Source of the DNA: Desulfatiglandales bacterium
GTDB lineage: Bacteria > Desulfobacterota > DSM-4660 > Desulfatiglandales > Desulfatiglandaceae
Length of the DNA stretch: 64,000 bases
NCBI GenBank assembly: GCA_963662465.1
Contig: OY759599.1
Location: 5,600,001-5,664,000, forward strand
Direction of reading: 5' to 3'
The position numbers and the translations under genes are program-made. The stretch's first letter is position 1. Every line of letters starts with the position of its first letter. Below the pieces are notes generated by a model that was not told the DNA's origin, did not search any database, and was given only the letters and a program-made list of their open reading frames with translations. Shown here piece after piece: positions 1 through 10,053 of this stretch.

Positions 1-1
1 C

Positions 2-769
2 GTTCACTTCGACATGGAGTCCAATCCCTATTTTTCGGTGGAATACCTGTTCGGGATGATGGTGGATGAAACGGGCAAAAACGGCCGAAGGATGAAAGGT
101 TCCGCGGAATTCCATACGGCCCATACCCTTTCGAGGGACGAAGAATACCGGGCGTTTCGGTCTTTTCTGGAAAGAATGGATGAACTCAGGGAGCAGTTTG
201 GTGAAGATGGTTTCATCATTTTTCACTATGCCCATTATGAGCCCACACACCTTCTGGCCCTGGCGGAAAAATACAAGGACCGCTCACCTGATCTGGCAGG
301 CCGGGTGGACTACCTCAATCAGCGGATGGTGGATCTCTACAAGCTCATTCGCAACACCTATTTTCTCCCGGTTCGTTCCTACTCCATCAAGGAAGTGGCG
401 CCCTGCATCAAAACGCTTATGGAAAAAAAGGGCCTTACGGGTGGGCATCAGTGGAAAAAGATTCAATCCCTTGAAGAACTGGAAACGGAATTGAAGAAAA
501 GCAAGTGGCTAAAATCCGAAATCGAGGAGAGCCTGAGTGACGTCAGGGAAGTCATGAAAGATTTCAAACTCGATGATCCCGCCATGATGTTTGACCCCTC
601 CGCGGACATGTCGGTAGTCTGGTACAATCTTTATGTAGAACGCAAAAAAAGAGTCTGGATGAAGCTCATTGAAATTTACAACGAAGACGACCTGAACGCC
701 ACCCGTGCGCTGGTCGACTGGTTCCTCTTCATGGAAGCGCAAACCAAAGGGTCAAAACGCGATGCCTGA
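2..769 (+). CDS. TM0106-family RecB-like nuclease, C-terminal RNase H-like domain (5' partial)
   Basis: Frame is open from the window edge: VHFDMESNPY..EYLFG, IFHYAHYE, YSIKEVA, C-terminal YNEDDLNAT motif typical of the TM0106/RNase_H_2 domain. Confidence 0.8.
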   Translation, partial: VHFDMESNPYFSVEYLFGMMVDETGKNGRRMKGSAEFHTAHTLSRDEEYRAFRSFLERMDELREQFGEDGFIIFHYAHYEPTHLLALAEKYKDRSPDLAGRVDYLNQRMVDLYKLIRNTYFLPVRSYSIKEVAPCIKTLMEKKGLTGGHQWKKIQSLEELETELKKSKWLKSEIEESLSDVREVMKDFKLDDPAMMFDPSADMSVVWYNLYVERKKRVWMKLIEIYNEDDLNATRALVDWFLFMEAQTKGSKRDA

Positions 770-1289
770 GACACCCATCACATCCCCCATCACATCCATT
801 GACGTTCTCAAATTTATCGACGGGGAGTTCAGAACCGCCGCACGGGACGTCCTTGAACTCCACAGCCTTGAAATTGAGGAAAGGGAAGAGAAGTTTCGGT
901 GTCTGCGTGTGGTTCACATCGGCAGCAGGATTTTTTCTTTTACAAAAAACGCTTCCAAGTTCAGGGTCGGGGACTATGTGTTGCTGAACCCCCACAGTAA
1001 AGACATGAAGGGAGAATTGATCCATGCGGGGGACAAGCTGGTGATCAGTGAGTTGGATGAGGAAAAGTCCCGGGTGACACTGGATGATCCTTATAACCTG
1101 TGGAGCAACCATTACGACCCGGCGCACGATGAGAAATGCCTCATAGACGTGCGGCCGGTGAGCCGGTTCCCCCTCTATTCTTACCCGGCCTGGGCCTCAG
1201 GGTATCTCAGCACCCGCACCGGGACCGTTAATCCGGAGTATCTTTTCCGGATCATATATGGCGTCGAAAGCCAAAGGTCCTTTTCCTAG
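762..1289 (+). CDS. N-terminal part of Upf1/DNA2-like SF1 helicase (probably frameshifted from 1258..2730)
   Basis: ATG overlaps the upstream stop (ATGCCTGA); SKFRVGDYVLL beta-barrel-like segment seen upstream of SF1B helicase cores; overlaps the next ORF in +1 frame. Confidence 0.55.
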   Translation: MPETPITSPITSIDVLKFIDGEFRTAARDVLELHSLEIEEREEKFRCLRVVHIGSRIFSFTKNASKFRVGDYVLLNPHSKDMKGELIHAGDKLVISELDEEKSRVTLDDPYNLWSNHYDPAHDEKCLIDVRPVSRFPLYSYPAWASGYLSTRTGTVNPEYLFRIIYGVESQRSFS

Positions 1290-2730
1290 CCCCCCCTCAT
1301 TTCTCTTGAAGGGACAGAAACGCGCCTTTGTACAGGCGCTAAAAAACCGCCTTTCCCTGATTCAGGGACCTCCGGGAACGGGAAAGACCTTTCTCATCGC
1401 TCAGATCACCGAAGCCCTGGTGAACACGGGCAACAAAGTTCTTATCTGCGCCTTTTCACACCGGGCCATCAACAATGCCCTCAATGCCTGCGTTCGCGAC
1501 ACTTCGCTCGTGCAGGTATCCAAAATCGGCGGCGGTTATGCCAATGATGATCTCGATGATCGCGTTGGGAATGACGCCGGTTCCCCCGTCGTGGGCATGA
1601 CGGCGTTTGAAGCCTTCAAGCCCATACCTTCCATGATCAGAAGCGTGCTTAAAAAAGGCAAGTATACGGCACCCGACGTGCCAAAGGTGCGGGATGAACG
1701 GTACTGGCGAAGACTGGATGCTTATACGAAATCCATCTTTGAAGCGGGTGTGACGGTAAGGACACCGGCCTATGATGTGGCCATTTTCGACGAGGCCAGT
1801 CAGCTGTTGCTCCACCATGCCCTCATGGCCATGCCCAAGGCTGAGCGATATATCTTTGTGGGGGATCATCAACAGATGCCGCCGGTTATTCAGGGGCGCC
1901 ACAAAGGAAACCCGGTGAACCAGTCCGTGTTTTCCTACCTCATCGGGCGGTATCCTCAGTTGAATGCTATCCTTGATGAAACCCGTCGCATGAACCGGGA
2001 GATCACCGCATTTCCCAGCAGCGAATACTACGGGGGCCGGTTGAAACCGATTCCAGAGGTTCGGAATCGTAAGCTCAAAACTGAAGCCCTGCCCGATGAT
2101 CCAATACTCAGGAAGATCCTTGACCCGGAAAACCCGGTTGTTTTTGTTCACGTGGACCATGAGGGATATACACAGGAATCCCCTGAAGAAGCATCCCTGG
2201 TGGCCCAAATTGTGGTTGAGCTGGTTTCATGCTGTGGCATCGATCCAAAAGACGGTCTTTGTGTGGTGGCAGCCCACAGGCGCCAGAACAACCTGATCCG
2301 AGAATACATCGTCCGCGGGGTCAAAAAACGAAAAATTAATAAGGCGATAGTTAGAAAACTGATATCCCCGGATCTGGTGATCGATACGGTAGAGCGTATC
2401 CAGGGGCAGGAAAGGGATGTGGTTGTGGTATCGCTGACGGCTTCAGATGAAGAACACATCAAGGCGGAGAAGGACTTTTTGATGATGCCCAATCGGATGA
2501 ATGTCTCCTTTACAAGACCTCGCACCAAATTGATTGTGGTCGGCAGCAAAAAACTGTTTCGAATGATCCCGGCCGACCGGGACCAGCAGCATGAGGAAGT
2601 GGCGGACGGCAGGACCGTCCTGCGGTCGAAAGGGGTTACTCTGGCCAACCATTTCAAGCGGTGGTACTTTCATGCAAAGGAATCACAGCGAATCGTGGAG
2701 GCCACTGAGTTCGCTGGAAAGCTAGTATGA
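1258..2730 (+). CDS. Upf1/DNA2-like superfamily 1 helicase (AAA_11/AAA_12)
   Basis: IQGPPGTGKT, FDEASQ, VGDHQQMPP, DTVERIQGQERD, NRMNVSFTRPR motifs. Confidence 0.9.
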   Translation: MASKAKGPFPSPPSFLLKGQKRAFVQALKNRLSLIQGPPGTGKTFLIAQITEALVNTGNKVLICAFSHRAINNALNACVRDTSLVQVSKIGGGYANDDLDDRVGNDAGSPVVGMTAFEAFKPIPSMIRSVLKKGKYTAPDVPKVRDERYWRRLDAYTKSIFEAGVTVRTPAYDVAIFDEASQLLLHHALMAMPKAERYIFVGDHQQMPPVIQGRHKGNPVNQSVFSYLIGRYPQLNAILDETRRMNREITAFPSSEYYGGRLKPIPEVRNRKLKTEALPDDPILRKILDPENPVVFVHVDHEGYTQESPEEASLVAQIVVELVSCCGIDPKDGLCVVAAHRRQNNLIREYIVRGVKKRKINKAIVRKLISPDLVIDTVERIQGQERDVVVVSLTASDEEHIKAEKDFLMMPNRMNVSFTRPRTKLIVVGSKKLFRMIPADRDQQHEEVADGRTVLRSKGVTLANHFKRWYFHAKESQRIVEATEFAGKLV

Positions 2731-2785
2731 CTCACTCCGGGATCGGTTTGAAGCCGCAATGCTGTATTGGCAACGTAAAAATGGA
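2592..2785 (+). repeat. Direct repeat copy 1 (helicase 3' end plus downstream DNA), partner at 11437..11630
   Basis: tgaggaagtgg.ggacggcaggaccgtcctgcggtcg...gccactgagttcgctggaaagct shared with few mismatches; weaker similarity continues about 55 bp past the stop. Confidence 0.92.
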
Positions 2786-3172
2786 GATGTGCGATGCGCC
2801 ACTTGGTGTAGTTGGGTCGGACCATGGTAAATGTTTGAAAAACCATTGGAAAAGTTCAAAAATGCCCTCATTTTCGCGTTTAGTGGGTGATTTTTGATGC
2901 TGAAAAAGCCGGTTTAAGTGTGGAAGCGATTCAATGCCGGGCGCAAACCGAATATCGCTAAAGAAGTGCAGTGGATGGTGGATGGTACGCGGTGACCCGG
3001 AAGGTTCCTATGGCGGCCATTTTGGGGTTTGAAAATGATGCTTTAAGTCTCTAAAACGCCGATTGGGGGAGTGTTTAGCCTGTAATAACAGGTGGTCGGC
3101 TTGGTCCGACCCGGACATTCTCCTCTGTTTAAGGCGGAATATCTATTTATTTCTCCTTTTAAAAAGGATAAA

Positions 3173-3310
3173 ATGCAAATTATGGACACCGATTTTACCA
3201 ATCCATTTCAGAACCGGCTCAGAGAAAAGTTAGCCGAATCCCTGACCTCGCCGATCCCGGTCGGAACGAAAAGGCGGGTATTCGGAGCTGTCGGCCTCAG
3301 CGGTAAAATC
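3173..3310 (+). pseudogene. 5' fragment resembling the N-terminus of an AAA_14 ATP-binding protein
   Basis: LREKLAESLTSPIPVGTKRRVFGAVGLSGK stops just before the expected Walker A and abuts a DUF499 fragment. Confidence 0.4.
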
Positions 3311-3311
3311 A

Positions 3312-4020
3312 CCTTCAAGCGATGACGCGGACCGGGCGCTGGATTCCATGATGCGGCTACTAAGCGCTGTTTCCGCACCCCAGGCCGACGAGATAGGGAA
3401 GATGAAGCAGGAACTCAGGCGCTTGATTTTCGACGAGCAGATGCGCCATGAAAAACGAAAGACCGCCGTGACCGCCATTGAAAGCTCCGCCACGGGAAGT
3501 CTCAAACCCTGGCGCGAGGTGGTCACCCCACACAAGGATGTAGCCAGCGGTCGTTACCAGCAGGCCGAGTTCGCGGCCGACCTCTGGCAGGTGCATCTTG
3601 GCGGCGGAACCGACGAGTACAGAGATCCGGTGGAATTCTTCCGTCGAACCTATCTCACCGAGAGTCTGAAAGGAATCCTGGTGGGTGCGGTGCAGCGGCT
3701 TTCGGGTAAGGGGGGAAACCCGGTGGTACAGCTCCAGACCAACTTCGGGGGCGGCAAAACCCACTCCATGCTGGCGCTCTATCACCTGTTCTCCGGAATT
3801 TCGCCGACCGAACTAGCGGGCATCGATGCGGTCATGCAGGAGGCCGGGGATTTGCCGCTTCCGACTGCCCGTCGGGTAGTGCTGGTGGGTAACAAGATCT
3901 CGCCGGGGAATCCGGTCACCAAACCCGATGGGACGGTGGTTCGCACCCTCTGGGGAGAGTTGGCCTGGCAACTGGGCGGCAGCAAGGCCTTTGCCCGCAT
4001 AAAGGCCGACGACGAAAAAA
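3312..4020 (+). pseudogene. Internal fragment of Swt1-HEPN/DUF499 AAA+ ATPase
   Basis: SSDDADRALDS, LKPWREVVTPHKDV, EFAADLWQV, LQTNFGGGKTHSMLALYHL, RTLWGELAWQLGG; recognisable sequence ends at ADDEK and runs into AT-rich non-coding DNA. Confidence 0.85.
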
Positions 4021-4248
4021 GGAGCGATACGAAGAGTAAAAAAAGCATTTCATGTTCCGAGAAAAAATTGATCAAAAACAATGAAAAAGTTTCATTTTTA
4101 TTGTTTTTCGAGAATTTGACGTTAAAAAGCTTGATTTATATGAGAACTTATCGTACCAAAAGTATGGATAACGTGATTTTATCTTCAGTTTAAAGCCTTT
4201 TGATTAATTTTTCGACCCAGTTTAATCTTGAAACAGGAAACGAACAAA

Positions 4249-5604
4249 ATGCTCATTCAATTTACCATAGAGAATTTTCTATCCTTCAAGGAAGAAAACA
4301 CACTCAATATGCTGGCCACCACCGACAGCAAACACAAGCACCACCTGCTGCCCAACAAAAAGAAAAAACCCCTGTTGCGCACGGCCGCCTTATACGGGGC
4401 CAACGGTTCCGGCAAATCCAATTTGATCCGGGCCATGGCCTTTGCTCAGGATCTGATTGTTGAGGGAACCCGGCCCAAGCAGCGGATTGATGTCACCCCC
4501 TTCAAGCTTGACAAGTCATGCCGGCAGACGCCCAGCCGTTTTGAGTTCGATATTAATTACCAGGATACCATCTATAGGTATGGGTTTGTGGTGGACGAAA
4601 AAGAGGTCCGGGAAGAATGGCTTTTTGCCATCCATAACGTCAAGGAAGTTCTTCTTTTTGAGCGGTTGACCACGAAGAATGGCAAAATCAAGTTAGAGAT
4701 CGGTCCTTCGTTAGCCGGCAAGAAAACCAAGAAACAACAGTTTATCAAATTTATCGCGGAAGGGACCCGCCCCAACAATCTCTTCCTCCACGAGCTGTAC
4801 GAAAAAAATGTGTCGAAGATCATGCCGCTCATTGACTGGTTTCGAGCGGTATTGATCATTATCGGACCGGAATCAAATTATCGGGATCTAATTTTCGATG
4901 CCCACATGAACGGACAATTCCTTCAGTTCATGGGAGATTTTTTGAAGGCAGCGGATACGGGTGTGGATGGCATCGTGACGGAAAAGGTTGAATTTGATTT
5001 TGAAAAACTTTTTCCGGGTATTCCGGAGCCATTGAAATCAAAGCTCACGAATATCAGCGCCAATGAAAGGATCCTGCTTTCCGCACCTGACGGCAGGCGG
5101 TTTGCCATGATGCGGGAACAAAGTGGTGAACTGACCCTGTTGAAGCTCAAGGCCAGGCATCATCTTAAGGATGCAAAAGAGCATATTAATTTTGAAATCG
5201 AAGATGAATCAGACGGGACGCGCCGTTTGATGGATCTTCTGCCGGCTCTCCTTCACTCAAAAAGCAGTGAAAAGGTCTATCTGATTGATGAAATTGATCG
5301 CTCCATGCATCCACTGCTCTCCCGGATGTTTTTAGAGGGCTACCTCAATGACGAAAATTGCGGCAGGGGACAATTGATCATTACAACCCATGAGAGCCAG
5401 CTGCTGGACCGTAACCTTCTGAGGAGGGATGAAATCTGGTTTTCGGAAAAAGACAAAAACGGCGGTTCCCATCTCTACTCTCTTTCTGAATATAAAGTGC
5501 GCAATGATTTGAAACTGGAAAAAGGCTATCTCGACGGCCGTTTTGGCGCGATTCCGTTTCTGGGTGATCTTGAAAGCCTCCCGTTCTGTCGGGCAGGGGA
5601 GTAG
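4249..5604 (+). CDS. rloA: RloA-like AAA_21 ATPase (abortive-infection/defence type)
   Basis: ENFLSFK, YGANGSGKSN, ESDGTRRL, IDEIDRSMHP, QLIITTH, RRDEIWF, C-terminal YLDGRFGAIP; followed by a RloB-like gene. Confidence 0.8.
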   Translation: MLIQFTIENFLSFKEENTLNMLATTDSKHKHHLLPNKKKKPLLRTAALYGANGSGKSNLIRAMAFAQDLIVEGTRPKQRIDVTPFKLDKSCRQTPSRFEFDINYQDTIYRYGFVVDEKEVREEWLFAIHNVKEVLLFERLTTKNGKIKLEIGPSLAGKKTKKQQFIKFIAEGTRPNNLFLHELYEKNVSKIMPLIDWFRAVLIIIGPESNYRDLIFDAHMNGQFLQFMGDFLKAADTGVDGIVTEKVEFDFEKLFPGIPEPLKSKLTNISANERILLSAPDGRRFAMMREQSGELTLLKLKARHHLKDAKEHINFEIEDESDGTRRLMDLLPALLHSKSSEKVYLIDEIDRSMHPLLSRMFLEGYLNDENCGRGQLIITTHESQLLDRNLLRRDEIWFSEKDKNGGSHLYSLSEYKVRNDLKLEKGYLDGRFGAIPFLGDLESLPFCRAGE

Positions 5605-5612
5605 GCATCACA

Positions 5613-6123
5613 ATGGCATTAACGTCGAGAAAAAAAACGCCCCATCGACAGGCAAAGCAAACCGGCGCCCCACCGGGATGCTCGCCTGTTTATCATTGCT
5701 ACCGAAGGCAGGAAGACGGAAAAACAGTACTTTTACATGTTTGGCAATAAAAGATGTCAGGTGCGGGTGATTCCTAACGAAGACAACAGGTCTGCTCCCG
5801 CCCATATTCTGCAGCAACTTAAAAATTTCAAAAGGGAATTCCAGCTTAATGCCGATGATGAATTATGGCTGATGGTTGACGTAGACAGGTGGGGAAATAA
5901 AAACCTGGCTTCCGTGTCAGCTCAGGCCGGGCATAATAAATTCCAACTGGCGGTGAGCAACCCCTGTTTTGAAGTCTGGCTCTATTTGCATCACGATGAC
6001 TTAGATCACCAACCCATCAAAGCAAAGGTGATGAAGCAAAAACTGAGGGACCTTCACCAGGGCCAAACGAGAGGTGCTTGTGACAAGCTTCGGAGAGCCG
6101 AGTCGGTTTTTGGGGGAACATAG
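5613..6123 (+). pseudogene. rloB: RloB-family protein, frameshifted in an A8 tract and 3' truncated
   Basis: Removing one A at 5630-5637 gives MALTSRKKRPIDR..RDARLFIIATEGRKTEKQYF..WLMVDVD..AVSNPCFEVWLYLH; similarity lost after about 6056. Confidence 0.75.
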
Positions 6124-6160
6124 ACTTTGATTTTTGACTTGAATTGATTAGGAGGATTTC

Positions 6161-7207
6161 ATGGGTGATTCGCCTCAAGATATGGCGCCGAGTAAAGGGC
6201 AGTTTCTGGTTTATCAGGCTGAAAACGGCAAGCTCAAGCTGGATGTACGGTTGGAAGATGAAACCGTCTGGCTTACTCAGCAACTGATGGCTGAGTTGTT
6301 CCAGAGTTCAAAACAGAATGTAAGTTACCATATTAACACGATTTATGAGGAAGGCGAGTTGTCGCCGGAGGCAACTGTCAAAAAATATTTGACAGTTCGC
6401 CAGGAGGGGAATCGTGAGGTTAAACGGCTGCTGGATTATTACAATTTAGACGTCATTATTTCGATTGGTTATCGGATAAAAAGTCATGTGGCGACCCGTT
6501 TTCGCATCTGGGCTACTGAGCGGCTCAAAGAATATATTGTTAAAGGTTTTACACTTGATGACGAGCGACTGAAGAATCCGGATCAGCCCTTTGACTATTT
6601 TGAAGAGCTGGAACGGCGCATTCAGGATATTCGAACTTCCGAGCGCCGCTTTTATCAGAAAATCACCGATATCTATGCTACCAGTATCGACTATGACCCA
6701 ACTCTGGATATTAGTATCAACTTCTTCAAAACCGTTCAAAATAAAATGCATTGGGCAATAACCGGCCAGACGGCGGCGGAAATAATCCACTCCCGCGCTG
6801 ACGCGAATGAGCCGAACATGGGTTTGACCAATTACCGTGGCGCCAAAGTGCGCAAGCAGGATGTCAGCATTGCCAAGAACTACCTGTTGGAAGATGAGCT
6901 GGCCGCACTGAACAACCTGGCGGAGCAATATCTTATTTTTGCGCAGGGACAGGCCATGCGCCGCATTCCCATGTATATGAATGATTGGATTGAGAAGCTT
7001 GATGGATTCCTCATGATCAACGACCGGGATATTCTGAATCATGCCGGAAAAATTTCCCATGAAATGGCAAAGCAACTGGCGGAAGGAGAATACGAAAAAT
7101 TCCACACCAATCGCCTTTCCGCGGCTAAAAACGAACTTAGCGATTTTGATAACGCAGTCAGGGAAATAGAAGCTTTCAAAAAGCAAGGGGGCGCTCATGA
7201 GAAGTGA
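6161..7207 (+). CDS. rhuM: RhuM-family (virulence RhuM / DNA-binding) protein
   Basis: ETVWLTQQLMAELF, YNLDVIISIGYR, FRIWAT..LKEYIVKGF, IRTSERRFYQKITDIY; AGGAT RBS. Confidence 0.9.
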   Translation: MGDSPQDMAPSKGQFLVYQAENGKLKLDVRLEDETVWLTQQLMAELFQSSKQNVSYHINTIYEEGELSPEATVKKYLTVRQEGNREVKRLLDYYNLDVIISIGYRIKSHVATRFRIWATERLKEYIVKGFTLDDERLKNPDQPFDYFEELERRIQDIRTSERRFYQKITDIYATSIDYDPTLDISINFFKTVQNKMHWAITGQTAAEIIHSRADANEPNMGLTNYRGAKVRKQDVSIAKNYLLEDELAALNNLAEQYLIFAQGQAMRRIPMYMNDWIEKLDGFLMINDRDILNHAGKISHEMAKQLAEGEYEKFHTNRLSAAKNELSDFDNAVREIEAFKKQGGAHEK

Positions 7208-7254
7208 TTTTCAGTGTCTTCAGCGTATTCTGTGTTTAAAAATGGAGGCCGTCA

Positions 7255-7305
7255 TTGAAACTCAAGTTTAAAAAACAGGCCTATCAGACACGCGCCGTTG
7301 AAGTG
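7255..7305 (+). pseudogene. First ~16 codons of a type III restriction (Res) subunit
   Basis: GGAGG RBS then TTG: MKLKFKKQAYQTRAVE, matching the usual Res N-terminus; immediately interrupted. Confidence 0.55.
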
Positions 7306-7329
7306 ACAAAAGACATGGCGGAAGGCATT

Positions 7330-7587
7330 AAATTTCACCTTAAAAAGTGAAAAAGATTTACCTCCAAAGGTCATTGCGCTGTTTGACAAGATATCCGCTA
7401 TTTTGAAAATAGAGGAGGCTACCGCATGACAAGCACAATTGAATTATCCGTAAAGCAGGAAAAAATTGTTTATGCTGAAAATGGCCCAATCTATGTAAAG
7501 GCTAGTGCGGGAAGTGGTAAAACACGGGTTTTAACGGAAAGGGTGCGCCATTTACTGACTAAAAAAAAGGAAGATGCCATGGGGTGA
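7330..7587 (+). pseudogene. Remnant of a coupled gene pair: C-terminal tail of an upstream gene and N-terminus (7426..7587) of a UvrD-type helicase
   Basis: ..DLPPKVIALFDKISAILKIEEATA* overlapping (ATGA) MTSTIELSVKQEKIVYAENGPIYVKASAGSGKTRVLTERVRHLL, truncated after 53 codons. Confidence 0.7.
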
Positions 7588-7644
7588 TTATAAAACTCGA
7601 AAAATTTCACAATTTCTAAGCGTTTTCAAGGACTAAAGCGGCAG

Positions 7645-8219
7645 GCCTTGACGACCATCTTTCCGTCAGCGGCGACAATCTTCAATTGGTGGCCAACAAT
7701 CTCTTTGAGAATTACCCCGATGTTTTTGAGGGGATTATCAAAAGAATGACCGAACGTGTGCCGGGGATAACTGAAATCAAACCCATATCAAGCCCCGACG
7801 GCAGGCTGCTCCTGGGTTTCAGGGATGGTTCATTCAAGGACCCGTTTATCGACAGATATGTCAGTGACGGCACTATCAAGATGTTTGCTTATCTTGTGCT
7901 GCTCAATGACCCTGACCCCCATTCGCTGCTGTGTGTGGAGGAACCGGAAAACCAGTTGTACCCGAAACTGCTTTGGGAGCTGGCCGAAGAGTTCCGTGAT
8001 TATGCGATTCGCGGCGGCCAGGTTTTTGTTTCCACCCATTCCCCGGATTTTTTAAATGCTACGGAGCTGGACGAGGTTTTCTGGCTGGTCAAGCGGGATG
8101 GATTTGCCGACATTGTGCGGGCGCGGGACAACGAGCAGGTTGCGGCATTCATGGCCGATGGGGATCAAATGGGGTATCTTTGGGATCATGGTTTTTTTGA
8201 GGGAGCAGCTCCGGAATGA
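7645..8219 (+). pseudogene. C-terminal half of AAA_21 ATPase (5' deleted)
   Basis: HLSVSGDNL, VSDGTIKMFAYL, LCVEEPENQLYP, QVFVSTHSP; no Walker A. Confidence 0.85.
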
Positions 8220-8364
8220 GAACCATTGTTTTCGCCCTTGAGGAACCGTCCGCAAAGTGTCGGGATCGCGGGCCATTGGCCCGCATCTGATGCTTGAAGG
8301 AAATCGTTCAAAAAGTTTTCGGGCGCTCATTTCAGGTTTGAAGCGCCTGTTGGAAAATGAATAA
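8216..8364 (+). pseudogene. DUF4276-like partner gene with large internal deletion
   Basis: MRTIVFALEEPSAK joined out of frame to KVSGSRAIGPHLMLEGNRSKSFRALISGLKRLL*, i.e. both termini with the middle missing. Confidence 0.7.
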
Positions 8365-8375
8365 TGTAAATCCAA

Positions 8376-9464
8376 ACGTGGGTCCCGGATATATGCCTGG
8401 GGAGCCGGGTCCAGTTGGATGAGGAAAAGCGCCTTCAACTGGACCACCACCAGGTACATATTATGGAAAGTCTGGAACAAAACGATCGTTTGCTCATTCA
8501 GGGACCCACCGGCACCGGAAAAACACTTTTGGCCATGAACACGGCGCAGCGGGAATCGGAAAAAGGGAAACGGGTTCTCCTGCTTTGTTTTACCGAAGCC
8601 CTGGCGGCTTTTTTAAGAGAGTGCCTGAAGGATTCAAAGGTCGAGGTGGGCGCAGTAAGGCATTTTGCAAGACATCTTCTGGGGGAAAAAGCGCCGAGAG
8701 AATTGCTGGGGCAAACTTCCGACTATTGGGAAGAGGTGAGTCTGAGGGCAGCGATGGATGGAGTTCCTCCGGAAAAAGAGCGTTGGGAAACCGTTATCGT
8801 GGATGAAGGCCAGGATTTCAGTGGAAACGATTGGGAGTTGGCTCGGGAATGTGTCCACCCGCAGGGAAAGCTCTGGGTTTTTGCGGATCAGGAACAGGCT
8901 TTCTGGCCCGATCGGGGATTGAGCAACGAAACGATGCAGGGATTCATGAAATACAATCTCAAGAAGCCCTACCGGTGCCATCCGGCCATTCAACATCTGG
9001 ATGAATGCTATTCAGGAATTTGCAATCCGGATCATCAATCGCTTCAAAACAGCGTCAAAAAAGGTGTTATTCGAATCATAACCAGCTCCGAGACACGTTT
9101 GATCAAACAAATCGGCAAGGAGATCCATCGTCTTTTGAGCGGTGGCCTCAAACCCGATGATATTGTGGTGTTGTCTCTTCGGGGCAGAGGTTCCAAAGAA
9201 GGCATTATCCACCTGAAAGAAATAGCCGGCCACCCGGTATTTCTTGCGACCGATCCAGCGGCCGGGGAAAACATCATTTGCGACACGTTCCTTCGTTTCA
9301 AAGGGTTGGAACGACCGGCGGTAATTATTACCGATCTTCGACTGGTCTCGAATCTATACGAAAAGCGGATGCATATTGCCGTATCCCGTGCGCTGAGCCT
9401 CCTTCGAATTGTGGGTTTGGAAAGTGAGATTCGAAAAGATGAGCGACTTGCGGGGTTGATTTGA
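8376..9464 (+). pseudogene. SF1 helicase of NERD-helicase type, N-terminal domain missing
   Basis: LIQGPTGTGKTLLA, LLLCFTEALA, IVDEGQDF, RFKGLERPAV, IAVSRA; frame opens without an RBS/ATG directly after the DUF4276 remnant. Confidence 0.65.
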
Positions 9465-9615
9465 CTTGTCCATTTTTTGAAATCAAAAAAGTTGGCGTTT
9501 ACTTCAAAAAAAATTACAGCTTGTGACCGGATATGTCAAACACCTGTGTTATGGTTTCCCACAAGAAAGCTTGGAAGCTTTTGGAAATGGAACCATTTCT
9601 TATCGGGAGGGCAAA

Positions 9616-10053
9616 ATGGACTGGGATGATGAATTTGATAATGGGTATGATGAAATAGGCAATTCATCACAGCAGCATGGGATCATACAGGATCAGGAAA
9701 CCAACAGCGGTTTAGATCCAGTTAACATTACCAATCCATCCAGTGCATATTTTTTTCTAAGCGATGATGCTCAGGATGAGATCAGCGGGAAAGACAAAAA
9801 GAAAATGAAGTGCCAATCCTGTGGGCATTGGTTCAAAAGCGAAATTTACGACAGTTGCCCAAAATGTGACAGCGTTTTTACGGAAGAGATTTTTTCGTTC
9901 ATTGAAGATGAAGAGGTATCCCAAAACCCGAACATGAAATGCCTGCTTTGCGGCCATACATTTCTTGGGGAAACCTACGATAGTTGTCCGGAGTGCTTCA
10001 GTCCAGACACTGAAGAATGGGAGGAAGAGATGGATGAAATGGTGAAATGGTGA
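9616..10053 (+). CDS. Acidic protein with two tandem Zn-ribbon repeats
   Basis: GGAGG RBS; MKCQSCGHWF..YDSCPKCDS and MKCLLCGHTF..YDSCPECFS; overlaps next gene. Confidence 0.75.
   Translation: MDWDDEFDNGYDEIGNSSQQHGIIQDQETNSGLDPVNITNPSSAYFFLSDDAQDEISGKDKKKMKCQSCGHWFKSEIYDSCPKCDSVFTEEIFSFIEDEEVSQNPNMKCLLCGHTFLGETYDSCPECFSPDTEEWEEEMDEMVKW

Noticed and set aside
4020..4193. C-terminal extension of the DUF499 ORF
   Set aside because: Read-through into AT-rich promoter-like DNA after a deletion junction
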